A stretch of 63,245 nucleotides of DNA, the filler included, from Licmophora abbreviata (Eukaryota), in NCBI GenBank assembly GCA_900291995.1. It is 11 parts of 11 records of this genome, joined end to end, with 100 filler letters (N's around TTAATTAATTAA, not from the genome) between each part and the next. Parts side by side here need not be neighbours in the genome. Positions count along the whole stretch, not along the records: positions 1 to 22,385 come from OLMU01004912.1; 10 more parts are not named here. One strand, written 5' to 3'. Positions within the stretch are counted from its first letter, which is position 1, and every line of letters starts with the position of its first letter. The position numbers and the translations under genes were made by a program. The notes below the pieces were generated by a model. That model made no database searches. It was not told where the DNA came from and saw nothing but the letters and a program-made list of their open reading frames with translations. Shown piece by piece: positions 1-11,500 of the stretch.

Positions 1-414
1 AACAAAGTGGAGGGTGGGGGCAAGCCGTTTGCCAACATTGCCAATGCTAACGATATTTCGGATGACATTGTGGATGCCCGAGAAAAGGCGGCGAAAGCAG
101 CAAACGCAATGGCGACCACGAGCAGGGCGGTGGCAAAGTTTCTGGCCCTCCGAGCGCCCAAGAACTTGCTGCAGACGCTTGAGGAGGAAACAATGGACGC
201 AGAGACGGAAGGGGGCGATCCTGTAAATTCAGCTGCCGCGATGCAGTACAAAGATGGCGAGGAGGCTGCGGATAGTACTATTTTTGAAGGGGGGATATCG
301 AAGAGCAAGAGCGAGTCTTTTAGTTTTAGAATCTGTAAAACAGAAAGGAGGTTGGCCTACTCCAAGTGTAGCAACTACTACAGTACTGCATGCACTGACT
401 ATCGCGTACTATAA
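1..414 (+). CDS. Possible 3' end of a hypothetical protein (partial)
   Basis: Open frame at the window edge with Ala/Glu-rich, coding-like composition; no recognisable motif; true stop uncertain. Confidence 0.3.
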   Translation, partial: NKVEGGGKPFANIANANDISDDIVDAREKAAKAANAMATTSRAVAKFLALRAPKNLLQTLEEETMDAETEGGDPVNSAAAMQYKDGEEAADSTIFEGGISKSKSESFSFRICKTERRLAYSKCSNYYSTACTDYRVL

Positions 415-1443
415 ATCAGGAAAAAGCACTTCTTCCAAAACGCGTTCGGTCCACTCGGGTCCATACAAGGACCGCAACATGGGTCTCGCAGGGTCGTTCG
501 CGAGCCGGTAGGCGAAGTATTCATCTTGATGATGATGATGATCCTTCGATACCAGGTCGTTCTCTTTCCCCAAGGACGACGAAGAGTAGTCTTGCAGTAG
601 TTGTAGATAGAGCGCGAGATGATCGCAAAATGCGTGATAGACTTGGTCTTGAATCAAAGGTATCGCCTCTGGTCCCTGCAATCGCGTCCATAATGCATTG
701 GAAGAAAAGAACTTGGTCGCAGGCTCGGGTATATCACCTCCCCATTCAAAGACATCCTGTACATGGTTCTGGTACCACTCGTTCCATCGTTCCTCATATA
801 GCTGACGCTTTTGTGGTGATACAGACATGGGCTGTGCATCCATGGCCAACAGATGCTTGTCACCCGGTAGACTGACCAAATCGACTCCCCACACTGGAAG
901 ATCCGTTCGTTGTGAAGGAAAGACTACGAGATTCATGACTTGAATGCCACTGGTGGCGTTTGTCAATGACGAGGAGGGATCCACGGTTTCCAAGAGTGCA
1001 CAACGAGCGTAGGCTATCGACGTTGTAGTTTTCGGAACGAGCGCTGCAGTTTCCATCCGCACAACAGTCCTATCTGAGACATTGCCCTTGGCGGCGGCTT
1101 GGTTCGACTGGAGTTCCAATGGAATATCATTGGACGGTTCGAGGCCAATTTGTTCTTGTTCTTTCAATACTGCCCATGCATGCTCCATGAAAGGCCGAAA
1201 TAGGCCTTTGGGGGAAGGTACTTCCGAAGACAGTTCTTTGCTTGCATGGCGTCGTAGGGACTGATGTCGAGGTGATGCCGGTAGAGTTTGTCGGATGAAA
1301 CATGATCGTGAGTGCTTCCATCCAAGACAGAACGTCACAAGAGACAGGACAAGTATCACTATACGCAGGACCCGGGTGGGGAGGCCCGGTAACAATGCTG
1401 GGGTGCGACCAGATCGCCCCATCATGGTCATCATCATCAGCAT
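409..1443 (-). CDS. pebB: Ferredoxin-dependent bilin reductase, PebB-like, probably plastid-targeted
   Basis: Motifs IQVMNLVVFP..DLPVWGVDLVSLPG..AMDAQP, WGGDIPEPATKFFS..LWTR and YRLANDPARPMLRSLYGPEWTE match PebB. Hydrophobic leader (IVILVLSLVTFCLG-W). Start lies among the Met cluster at 1422-1443. Confidence 0.85.
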   Translation of the reverse strand: MLMMMTMMGRSGRTPALLPGLPTRVLRIVILVLSLVTFCLGWKHSRSCFIRQTLPASPRHQSLRRHASKELSSEVPSPKGLFRPFMEHAWAVLKEQEQIGLEPSNDIPLELQSNQAAAKGNVSDRTVVRMETAALVPKTTTSIAYARCALLETVDPSSSLTNATSGIQVMNLVVFPSQRTDLPVWGVDLVSLPGDKHLLAMDAQPMSVSPQKRQLYEERWNEWYQNHVQDVFEWGGDIPEPATKFFSSNALWTRLQGPEAIPLIQDQVYHAFCDHLALYLQLLQDYSSSSLGKENDLVSKDHHHHQDEYFAYRLANDPARPMLRSLYGPEWTERVLEEVLFPDL

Positions 1444-1801
1444 CCGTCGGAGGACGAAATCTGTGGATCTTTTCGAATTTTTTTGGAAGTTCTGCGTCAG
1501 ATCGCGCGCGACGGATGGACGGTGGTGATGGATGCTGCCACCAAGCATCATCCATACTGGTATACCTTCGTTGTTGATCCGCCTCGAGCGATCCACGGCG
1601 GGCAGTCTTAGGTTCTTTCCCATTCTCACTATAGCTCATAACCTTCTAATATAAAATTAAATACACTGGTAGCACAGCACTACTTTCCCCTGAAGCCCGG
1701 TTTCTCTATTCCGGTAGGCATAGACGACGCCATTCTCATTCGACGAGTCTATGATAGCATAAGCTGATATCTGCAACTAGCTAGTCTACTTGAAGGTCCA
1801 A

Positions 1802-2618
1802 TTAATTCACCTTTTTCGCTCCATTCGTCGTCATGCTGGCGTGTCCCGTCGCGAGTTTTTTCGTTCGAAAGAGTCTTCCAAGACCATAACTGACTGCCCA
1901 CACTGCAAGCACCGCTCCCATGATGGACAAGGCATTGGCATCCAACATGGGCACGACCTTGCTCGTTGTATGCGTCTCCGTCCACTCTGCATACTCACTA
2001 CCATACTTGGTCGCCATCTTCCCCTTGGTGGTCGGATCCTGCAGTGCCGACAGGTTCAAAGTGGCAATGAGAGCCAGTAACAGAAAGCTCGAAGGCCGTC
2101 CACTGATGAGACAAAAGGAGCCGTAGCGCAACCAGTCGCCAAAGTAGTTTGGATTTTGAGAGAGTGCAAAGATGCCGTCCGTGACCAGTCCTTTTTGAAT
2201 CGTCTTGGCAGTGTGCATTTGCACGTCGGCCATGGTGTTGATCAAACTTCCGAGACTGAACATCATGATGGAAGCGATTGCGACAAAGGCTGATGGCGTA
2301 GGAGACGGGGGTCAGGAAGCTGTTGAAGGCGGGTAGTGCATAGAACACGCCAATGACGAGAAAGGCAACGCCAAAGATGGTGAGATTGGCGTCCAGCTGG
2401 AATCGATCCGACGCGAATGGAGGGAACAGAGCCTGTTCGATCAACCACCAAGACAGATAGGACATGTGCAGACCAGTGTAGATGGTGGCACGAGGAGAGA
2501 ACCCAAACTTTCCACCCAGAAGGAAAATCACCACGCCGGTGCCGACTTTGGCCACGTTGATGGCGTCCAGAACCGTTGGCTGCTCACTGATGAAGTTTAT
2601 CTCGGAAAGAAACTCCAT
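1802..2618 (-). CDS. DUF1295 / steroid 5-alpha-reductase-like membrane protein with an apparent 1-nt frameshift near 2290-2310
   Basis: ORF 1998..2618 gives AINVAK..LHMSYLSWWLIEQ..FYALP; ORF 1802..2266 gives GSLINTMADVQ..GLVTDGIFALSQNPNYFGDWLRY. The two are separated by 79 nt (26 codons + 1), leaving no room for an intron. C-terminal KKVN. Confidence 0.7.
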
Positions 2619-3451
2619 GATGATGATGATTGTGTAGCTTGTCTCTTTTGCAGTCAGTGCAATGAAACGCCAAACGAGAAGACTACACGACGAATATGCT
2701 GCCGATTATGGATGAGTGGATGAGCACAAGATCAACAGAGAATGATACTCTCACTTTTCTCACTGTGCTGTTTTCAGTTTGCTGGTGATGTGTTCGTCGC
2801 GCTGTCGCAGTCACACACGGGCGTCGGAAGATCGGCGTACGACAGACAGATAGACAAACAGATGAGGCGTTACCTTGTTTCATCCGTTCCATTCTTCGTT
2901 CACATTCATGATGCCTTTCCATTGCAGTCACGAGAGCTACCAGGTACCGATACCTACGATGACATGGCACGTACAGGTACCTGGTAAAAATGCAAGCTAT
3001 AGAATAGTTCGCTGGTACTTCGTATGTAGTATAGAAAAATAGACAGCTTATCTTACTTCGAACTCACGCGGCTATCATTGATGTTTGTCCCAAGCAGAAT
3101 CATAGCATTGGCAGAGACCTCTCTTTCGACTAGTGCAGCATTCTTAACATGTCGTTCACGATGGCCAGCATTCAGTACTCGACTTGTTCAAAAAGTCCTT
3201 CCGCCTTCCAATTACAAGCTGACTGAAGGCCCCGATGTGACTGCTGGGTGATGAGAATTGCAATGATTGTTTAACATTTAAGATGAATTGTGATATGAGT
3301 AATACAAGAAACGAGGTCCTTTGACTAAAATCCAAGAAGCCAGAGTACGGACAGACGTGAAAAAATTGACTACGCCGTTGTATGCTCCTCGCTGTAGACT
3401 TGAAAATCTAACTGTTGCTTACTACAGGTCTAGTCAAGCTGCACTCTCTAG

Positions 3452-5023
3452 CTATTTGTTGTTGCTTATACCACCGTTCCGTCGTTCTTTTACATTTCTT
3501 GTCCACTCCCGTGGCATATCTTTCATCGAAAAGTGTCGCGTCTCTTCAATGTACGCCTGCGCTGGAATCAGGCGGCGATACAGCTCGGCCGTCGCAGCCT
3601 GTCGCAGCTGATAGCACACACCAAAACTGACTTGTCCGTCATGACAGCACTCCTCAAACACTTGCTGCACAAACTCAGGTGTGTCGGGTTTGGCACATTT
3701 GACATTGGAACATGCCTTCAGGACAGTTCCGTAGGTAAAGTGATCCGGGCACAACGTAGGATGATCTCGAAGCTCTTGGTACAAACGTCGTACCATGGTT
3801 TCGGGTTGCAGAGTATTGGATGAGGACCTGGTATGCCTCGCCGTGGCGCACGCATTCAGTACGTTGTTGTACGTGATGACACTCGGTGCTGCTCCCGGAT
3901 TGCCATTCTTGGACTCGTATAGCATGCGCTGCAATAGTTCCCACGCCCGCTCGGCCTTGTCGGGTTCTCGTGACAGTGCATAGGCATGAATGACGGTCGA
4001 GTAGGACACCGAGTTGGGTCGAATAGAAGGATGACACTCCATTTCTTCCAATAATCTCGAGGCTCGTACTGCGGCTCCCCCGACTTCTCGGGCACATTTG
4101 CTCCAGGCATCCAGAACAGTCGAGTAGGATATCGCATTCGGCTGCAGGTTTCTCTCGTCCTTTGCTGTCATCGCCATCATTTGTCTCAAAAGTGCTTCTC
4201 CGCGTTCCCCCGCCTCGGGAATTCCGGATCGCGCCCATGCCAAAAGAACCGTATTGAACGATATCACATCTGCAATGCTGTTGATCGTCATGTCCTGCAA
4301 GACTGCTTGTGCTTTCTCGGCAGCACTCTCGCCCCCGCCGCTCTTGGCGTATGCTGAGAGTACCGTGTTGTACACGACCGTATTAGGACGACACTTTGGA
4401 TCTTGCGACACATCGTACAAGTCTTGGAGTTCCAGCAGCAACGCATGTGCGCGGATCGCCGCAGATTCATTGCCACGACGACTCCACGCATCCATGACGG
4501 TCGAATAGCTCCATACATCTGCTTTTGCTGCTGCTGCTATATCGGTAGTATGTCTCATTTCCCGCAGTATCGGTTCCGCTCGTTCTGGATTTCCAGCTTT
4601 GGCGTATGCTTTCAAGACGCCATTGTAGGATACCGTGTCGGGGTTTGTGAGTGACCGCAATAAGGTTTCAGCTTGACTAGCGCAAGAGGCGTTGTAGGAA
4701 GCCTTGGCTGCCAATTCCGAAATGATCAAGTTGGTCTGATATGGCGGCGGGACGATGGCGCCTTGTGTAGATTGTTGAGATGCCCTGGATCCTTTCTTCT
4801 TGTCTCGTCGGACGGTCGTCGTGGATTCCAAAGCCAGATTCTGCCGTGCACTGTAGCGCGAGGATGCTGCATCAGTCCATGATGCCGAAGGACGTAGATC
4901 CGAAGGATTGCGATGATTTTCTGGAGAAGTGGTCAAGAAGGATGCGGAACCGACATGCAATCCTATAACTCCCACTCCTACTGCAAGCAGAGCTATCCGC
5001 CGACGTGAAGAGTGCAGAGTCAT
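3452..5023 (-). CDS. Pentatricopeptide repeat (PPR) protein, probably plastid-targeted
   Basis: Repeated PPR units (PDTVSYNGVLKAYAKAG, PNTVVYNTVLSAYAKSG, PNAISYSTVLDAWSK, PSVITYNNVLNACA, PDHFTYGTVLKACS). Signal-like leader from ATG 5023 ending SAS-FLT. Confidence 0.9.
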   Translation of the reverse strand: MTLHSSRRRIALLAVGVGVIGLHVGSASFLTTSPENHRNPSDLRPSASWTDAASSRYSARQNLALESTTTVRRDKKKGSRASQQSTQGAIVPPPYQTNLIISELAAKASYNASCASQAETLLRSLTNPDTVSYNGVLKAYAKAGNPERAEPILREMRHTTDIAAAAKADVWSYSTVMDAWSRRGNESAAIRAHALLLELQDLYDVSQDPKCRPNTVVYNTVLSAYAKSGGGESAAEKAQAVLQDMTINSIADVISFNTVLLAWARSGIPEAGERGEALLRQMMAMTAKDERNLQPNAISYSTVLDAWSKCAREVGGAAVRASRLLEEMECHPSIRPNSVSYSTVIHAYALSREPDKAERAWELLQRMLYESKNGNPGAAPSVITYNNVLNACATARHTRSSSNTLQPETMVRRLYQELRDHPTLCPDHFTYGTVLKACSNVKCAKPDTPEFVQQVFEECCHDGQVSFGVCYQLRQAATAELYRRLIPAQAYIEETRHFSMKDMPREWTRNVKERRNGGISNNK

Positions 5024-5319
5024 CGGGTTTTGGCTGTGCGATCGAGCGTACTTGACATTTTCGTCGTCGTCGTCGTCGTCATGGTTGGACACACACAATA
5101 ACTGGCAAGCTGTTTTCTTTTTGAAGTTGAAGGTTTTGGGGCGCGTATCTTTCGCAAGATCCTACAGCTGCGAGGATCCTGCGACTCCCGGAAACATGAT
5201 CATACGGATATTCATGGCTTTATAATATTATACTCTCAGATCTTGTCAACGTCCCCCGGAAGTCAAAATTCTGAATAGAAAACGGCACACCAAACCCATC
5301 ACACCCCGGCGCCTGCACC

Positions 5320-5688
5320 ATGTCATCAGCGACGGCATTCTCTGTGGAGAATTCTTCGTTCTGCATTAACCTGACGCATATCCTGGAGGCGTCGAAACGC
5401 ATGGAAGGTGTGGCTCATCGAACTCCGGTGCTCACATCGTCGAGTTTCAATGACACTTCTTCCGGCCATGCCTTGTTTTGCAAAGTCGAAGCCATGCAAC
5501 GGACCTTCAAGTTTCGAGGCGCCTTGAACGCCGTCAAGGTTCTACTCGCGAAAAGATCTACTACGGGTGGTACTTCCAATGCTACTAGTAGTAGCGAGGA
5601 TATACTGCATGTTGTGACGCACTCCTCAGGAAACCATGCTCAGGCACTCGCCCTGGCGACGAAATTGGCAATTAGTTACGAAGGATAA
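5320..5688 (+). pseudogene. Truncated serine racemase / threonine dehydratase-like (PLP fold II) fragment
   Basis: HRTPVLTS, CKVEAMQRTFKFRGALNAV and VVTHSSGNHAQALALA match the family N-terminus. The usual GS before FKxRGA is missing, the frame stops after 122 aa, and no continuation is seen downstream. Confidence 0.65.
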
Positions 5689-6431
5689 GATATCGAGTTT
5701 CACGTGGGACCGGGAGTTTCAAGGCCAGGAAAGCCATTGCCTTTGCTCTTCATCTCGTCGAGATCACGAGGAGGAGACCGTACTACCAATTCTCTTTCGC
5801 TCTTGAAGTACTAGCTACACCAATCTCATTCGCTAGTTCTCCTTGTTTTGGTGCTTCCAGATCAACCGTAGAGACGGTAGAGAGTTGAAGTTGTGTATGT
5901 AGGAGACGAAAATCAGAATCAATCGGCGAACTGAGCTGTTTTTTGTGTGTGTGCGAATGTGGCGGAAAAAGTGATGCGAGCAGGATTGAGGGAAAGCCCA
6001 TTGTATCATGACAGTTCTGATGTCGAGTCAGACGTTCTTCACGAAAGTTGCATCACGTAGGGTGAGCGAAGGACAGTACCATGCTGCTTGTCCCGGTCAG
6101 GTGAAAGTAATAAAGAATATTTGTCCGGGGAATACAAGTGGTTAAGTAATTTGGAACGTGCTGCTTCCCGACAGCATAGACCTCGCATCGGAGTTCGAAG
6201 AATTCTTTGTCGATCTGTCATCCTCATCCTCCTCGCCATCTGTTTGTGTTGAGGTGCGTTGAAAGTGTACCAGAAGCTACGAATCGAAAACCCGGAGCTG
6301 TCGAAGAATTCGGCGTTGGTCATGATGACGAAGCAAAGAGGCCACAAATTCTGTTGACAGTGGTCGCTTGTTCTGTTGAGACTGCTGCGTTTCTACTGAG
6401 CCTTTGTTTTAGCTCGCTAGAAGGCCTAATC

Positions 6432-7079
6432 ATGTTCCAATCTTGCCGTACGAAAGTTTTGCTGTTGCTCTGCGTGGCTGTGTCTGTGTCTTCGTTTACG
6501 AGCACACGACGACGTGCCTTTTCTACTACTGGTGCTACCAGTAGTAGTACTAGTACCTATAGCAGTCCCATGATGACGGCTACGACTACTCTTCGTCGAG
6601 TCTCACCCTGGACGGCGTCAACCACGACATTGGACCCGCCGACTCGTGAAAAGGAATCCACGAAGCAACGGCGCTACGAAAATGAAGACCCCACGGAGGA
6701 CGACATGCGCCGCGGTGGACCTCTGGAATACTTGGAGGACGATCCAATGGTGTCTCGCGAAGACGAAGACCCCTTCCACATTCTGCTCATGGGAAGTACC
6801 TTTGAAAAGCCCAAAATCACCATTGACTATGTGAGCAACTCATTGGAGTACGTCTTGGACATGCCTATGGAGGAAGCTGTGGAACTGTCCACCTTTGCCA
6901 AGGACGAGGGCATGGCGTGTTTGGGTGTCTGGCCCAGAGAGGAGTGTCTAAGCTTGGGCAAAAAGCTTCAAGTGCGTGATATTGTTTGTCGTGTCGTACC
7001 CTACTGTGAAGGAGGGCAGCGTGGATGGCAAGCGAAGGATGCCAACGATGCTTGGACCGGATCGCCGACGGAGATTTAG
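6432..7079 (+). CDS. ClpS-like adaptor-domain protein, probably plastid-targeted
   Basis: Signal peptide ending VSS-FTS plus a Ser/Thr transit peptide. C-terminal HILLM..TIDYVSNSLEYVLDMPMEEAVELSTFAKDEGMACLGVWPREEC..LQ..VVP follows the ClpS core pattern. Confidence 0.65.
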   Translation: MFQSCRTKVLLLLCVAVSVSSFTSTRRRAFSTTGATSSSTSTYSSPMMTATTTLRRVSPWTASTTTLDPPTREKESTKQRRYENEDPTEDDMRRGGPLEYLEDDPMVSREDEDPFHILLMGSTFEKPKITIDYVSNSLEYVLDMPMEEAVELSTFAKDEGMACLGVWPREECLSLGKKLQVRDIVCRVVPYCEGGQRGWQAKDANDAWTGSPTEI

Positions 7080-7730
7080 AGAGAAAAGAAAAACAGCGAG
7101 TGTAAATACGGATAGGAACTACTAAGCAGCAGCGATGCGAGCACGACAGCTGTCGTATCATAGACTACTATGTGTTATGTCGATTGACGAGAAGCATATG
7201 AGGCCTTTCGTTCAGGTAGAGTCAGCGTGAGCTATCACTTGGTTGGGTCTACTATCGCAAACTGCAACTTCCAATACCGGTACGTGGCTGGTAAGAAACT
7301 CAGGTTTTTTAAACAAAGCAGGTACTAGTCTACCGACACCCATGGTCAAGGCTCTCCTAGCGCACCAAACCAAGAAGCGTCCTTACTGAAATTGTCGGTC
7401 TCAAACAACCTCCCGGGGGTGGACGGAACGCATGACACGGTGAGAGACAAGACCCACGATTGAAGAGAGAGTGAGCGGTGTTCGCAACAGGGTTCGACCG
7501 TCTCACTTTTTCGAACTGGAAGAGGTGCAACTGTGCGAGGAGTTACCACGATCCTCGGTACGACCACTCTCATCACGATGGTACTATCCTACGACGTATA
7601 ATGGTAGCGTGACACGCCATATCCAAAAAGTCACGTGAGCGTGGATCTCACAATCTATCTCCATTGTCATCAACGGCTACTAGCTAGAGACACGGTTCTG
7701 TCAAGATCATTTCGTCGCTCGTCCAAGACG

Positions 7731-8507
7731 ATGCAGTCTGTCAATGACACACATCGCATGGTCATCGATGCTCCCTCGGACGAGTCATGTTCGACTTGTT
7801 TGAAAGAACCAAGCTTGGAAGTTCAGTCTTCACTCGATGGGAAAGGAATTAGCATGACATCGACTTTGTCGGAAAGAGCTTCCATCGCTCTTCTCCAAGA
7901 CAAACACGGCAGTTCTAGTACAGCTTGTGAAGGACCACCTCGGATGATTCAAGTTCCGTCATCTCCCACCGAGCGCAAAGAGAGTATCTCCTCTCAGGAG
8001 CAGCTGCAAGTGTCTCCTTTTGCACAGCTTTGTTACAACCAACGCGATGGCTCCATCGTCACCATGATGGAGACGAGCCAGAATGGGGAAGGACGAAACA
8101 GCCGTGCACGTGTCAATCCCTTGTCAACTCCAGATGTCTTCCCTTCCATTGCTACTGCTGGCACCGAGGCAACGTCATCCTCGCTTTCTTATTCCAGTAG
8201 CTGTACCCTTAGTACGCTGACAGAAGGTTACTCTCAAGAGGAGTCGTCTGTCTCAATCCATGACTGTCCAATTGTTTTGGGTACCGTACTCATTCCAGAG
8301 ATAGATAACAAGAACACCAGCTTGCTAAAGGAAGACGGCGAACGACAACGAGAGCGAAATGTCGCTGCGTGCTCACGAGCACTCAAGAAGCTCATTACGT
8401 TCCGCGCCCTCAGGATGCGCAAGGTGGAGATGAGGAGTATTTGGGGCGAGCATCATCGACCCATGATGACACGTTTCAGCCGCGAGAAGGGGTACGAACC
8501 GTTGTGA
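7731..8507 (+). CDS. Hypothetical Ser-rich, probably disordered protein
   Basis: Long ORF with first ATG at 7731; no recognisable domain. Confidence 0.45.
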   Translation: MQSVNDTHRMVIDAPSDESCSTCLKEPSLEVQSSLDGKGISMTSTLSERASIALLQDKHGSSSTACEGPPRMIQVPSSPTERKESISSQEQLQVSPFAQLCYNQRDGSIVTMMETSQNGEGRNSRARVNPLSTPDVFPSIATAGTEATSSSLSYSSSCTLSTLTEGYSQEESSVSIHDCPIVLGTVLIPEIDNKNTSLLKEDGERQRERNVAACSRALKKLITFRALRMRKVEMRSIWGEHHRPMMTRFSREKGYEPL

Positions 8508-8575
8508 AGCACGAAAATGGACGTATATGTTTATACGTATATAAAGCGATAAGAATTATAAGAGCAACATAAGCA

Positions 8576-11500
8576 TCAAACGATGTCGAGGCCTTTTTTG
8601 GACCCAGGGATTGACTCCAGGTCGCCCGTAGAGGAGCTCCTGTGGAAAAGCACAGGCCGCGGAGCTGTCATGCTGGAATCGGACTCACCGACGGAGGAAG
8701 AGCGTCTATATGCCGCAGCTTTTGTGGAGGCCGTAGTAGTCCCTGTGACCGGTTCAGCAGCAACGCCGAGAGCCATTAGGTTCGAGCTTGAAGCCCGTCG
8801 ATGATGTATCTTTTTCTTCAGCTTTTTCATCATGCCGTGGTTCTTCTCGGCCTCTTCTGAGTCTACGACTTGAATGTAGTCGCGCAGCTCGTCGGAACTG
8901 TCTTCGCCGTAGTGTGGGAACTTTTGTTTCAATTGATCGCCTCCGCAAAGCCGCACGCACGTTTGACACCACTGGAGGGCATTGTTCTTGAAGATGGGTC
9001 CATCCTCTTCACGCTCGTTCAAACAGCGATCTCGACTCGCCTCGCTATCTTCGAGGTCGCTGTAGAATCGTAGATAGAGTGTCTCGTGATGCGAGTGTAT
9101 CTTGAGCCGGTCCTCTTTGAGCTGTTGCCATCGCTGAGTTCGAGTAGAGCGGCCAGCAACGTAGCTTGGTTTCCAGAACTCATCGTGCACCTCCTCCAGA
9201 TGTTCAGAGCTCATGTTGCACTCGTTGTCTACAGCAATATCATATGGCACCACCCTCTCCACATGGATGGAATCGATCGACGCCAGTGCTTGATGACCAA
9301 CAATTTTCCTACCAGCTGCAACATCGCGCAGTCTTAGCCCCTTGCCCCCTCTGGTTGCCGCCAAGGCTTCATACACGGATTCAATTCTAGCAATATCTTC
9401 TGCAGTGCGATCACTATGAAGAAAGTTGTCAATGTCACCCACATCGAAGTACACAATCTCGTGTTTGGTCAAGACGACATCGACTACCGTCCATTCGTCC
9501 AAGAGCGGTGGGAGTCTACGATCGCAACGTCGCATGCTTCGCACAAGTCGAGAATTGGGCGCGACGAGAGCCGACAATGGGTCGATAGAGCTGACGATTG
9601 ACTCGTCAATGCCAAACTCGAATGTCGGGGCCACCTTGTCAGTGAACTTGTCAACGGGTTCAGCTTCGACAAGCGCTTGCAAGCTATGCGCGGGAAACGA
9701 CACCCTGCCAGTAGTACCTATTGTGCGATCATCGTCGACGGTGGCATTTCGAGCGCTCGATTTCACAGTTCGTCCTAGTTTGCCAGACAATATGATTGAC
9801 TGAACATCAGGTGACAAGGTTGAGTACCGCTTCTCCACCTTAAAGGCCATGTGACGATCTTCGTCGCTCTCGCCACGAGCTGCCTTCCTTGGAGACTCGG
9901 TCTTGGGAGACAACGGGGCGTTCTTTTCTGAACTCTCCAGCACTTCAATACCAAGCATGGCTTGGAGCAGCTCTCCACTAAACTCCCCGTGCTGCTGCAC
10001 AATATCTGGGTATAATCCAAGAGCGTATTTCCACAGCTCCACGACTGTGCCCTTCTCATCTTCCATGCTCGGATTTTGCTCATATGTTTGTTCTTTTCGA
10101 TCGAATGTTGGGTGAACTGGGTGACCATGTAGTCTTTCTGTCTGCTCGTCGGCGGGAGTCGGTGTCGACATCCCGACACGAGGACTCATAAAAAGGAGCA
10201 CCTTCTTTGATATGTAGAATCGCAGTACGCGAAGGGCAATCAGGGAGGTGAAGGGTTCGATGTTCCCCAGGCCTCCATACGAGCGGGTCCCGAAGGTAGG
10301 ACAGCAACCCTCGTCCACAGAACAGTTCTCTTTGTCGTCTGTCTCAGCCAAGAAACGAGCATTTTCCTTATCGCAGCAACGCTGAACTTCAGCAATCATC
10401 AGCAAGGCGAAGCATGCTCCACAGAGCAGAACGTCAAAGATGCCAGCAACAAGGCGTGTCCGGCATCTGAAATTGCTTCTTCCCTCCGGCGCGAATATGA
10501 CAATAGACATGGACGAGATGAGAATGAAGCAGACAAGAAGCGCTGCCTCCGACCAGAAAAGGACATTGAGTGCACCGTGGAAAGTGTTCTCCGTGTCGGG
10601 CAATACACATGTCGCGAGAAGCAACGTCTCCACGCGCTGGCTCACAACGAAAAAGCAAATCATCGTTCCAAAGATGGCGCTGACCATGTGGTACTTTCGA
10701 CTTAGAAAGTAATCTCGGGCAACTTCGCGGAGACTGGGGCGTGGATCCGGTTCCGCGCACTGTCTTTGTTTGAAAATTGGGTCCATTTCTGGTATATCGT
10801 CAACATTACTATGGCCGTCATCGGACACATTCGAGTCAAACCGGTCTAAGCTGGATCCGTCGTTTTCCATTGCCAAGGAAGTCCCTTTTGAAGGGTCTTG
10901 GTCGTCGGTACTATGAAAAGCTGACGGGCTATGCGCCCCCGGGGAGGCTACAACAATAGCGTCTCCTCCGTTGCTGGGTTTCCCCCAATCTTGTTTCTCT
11001 GCGCTACGAGGTCTTTCCACTTCGCCTCGTCGCATTTGTTTCAAGTTGTCAGAGTCAGAATGAGATTTGCGACGTTCGCGATAGGATGAACGCCTGTCTC
11101 GCAAAGGAGCCCCGTGCTCTTCAGCATGCTCGGTCGTCTTCTCGAGAACCTCTGACGCGGCCTCAGACATACCGACCTGTCGCATCAGCGCTACTCCATC
11201 GGACACGGACTTTCGCCTCTTGCGTCTCTCTCGCATCCGTGCCTCGCGAGCGGAGACCCGTTGATCATTTCGGGCCATAAAGCCTTCGTCGTCGCCAAGA
11301 CCAAGGCTACCACGCAGATTCTTCGTGTCCATCATAACTAGATCGGCTAGCAACTGCGGATTTGACACAGAGTTGTTGGCCCGGGACGGACGACCTTCCG
11401 GAAGTGGTTCGAGCCCCCACTTCGCAGACGCCTGTCGTGGCGTCACATCACGCATCATTTGTATGCTAGCAGAAGCAGATTGGGTTTTCCGTCGCTGCCG

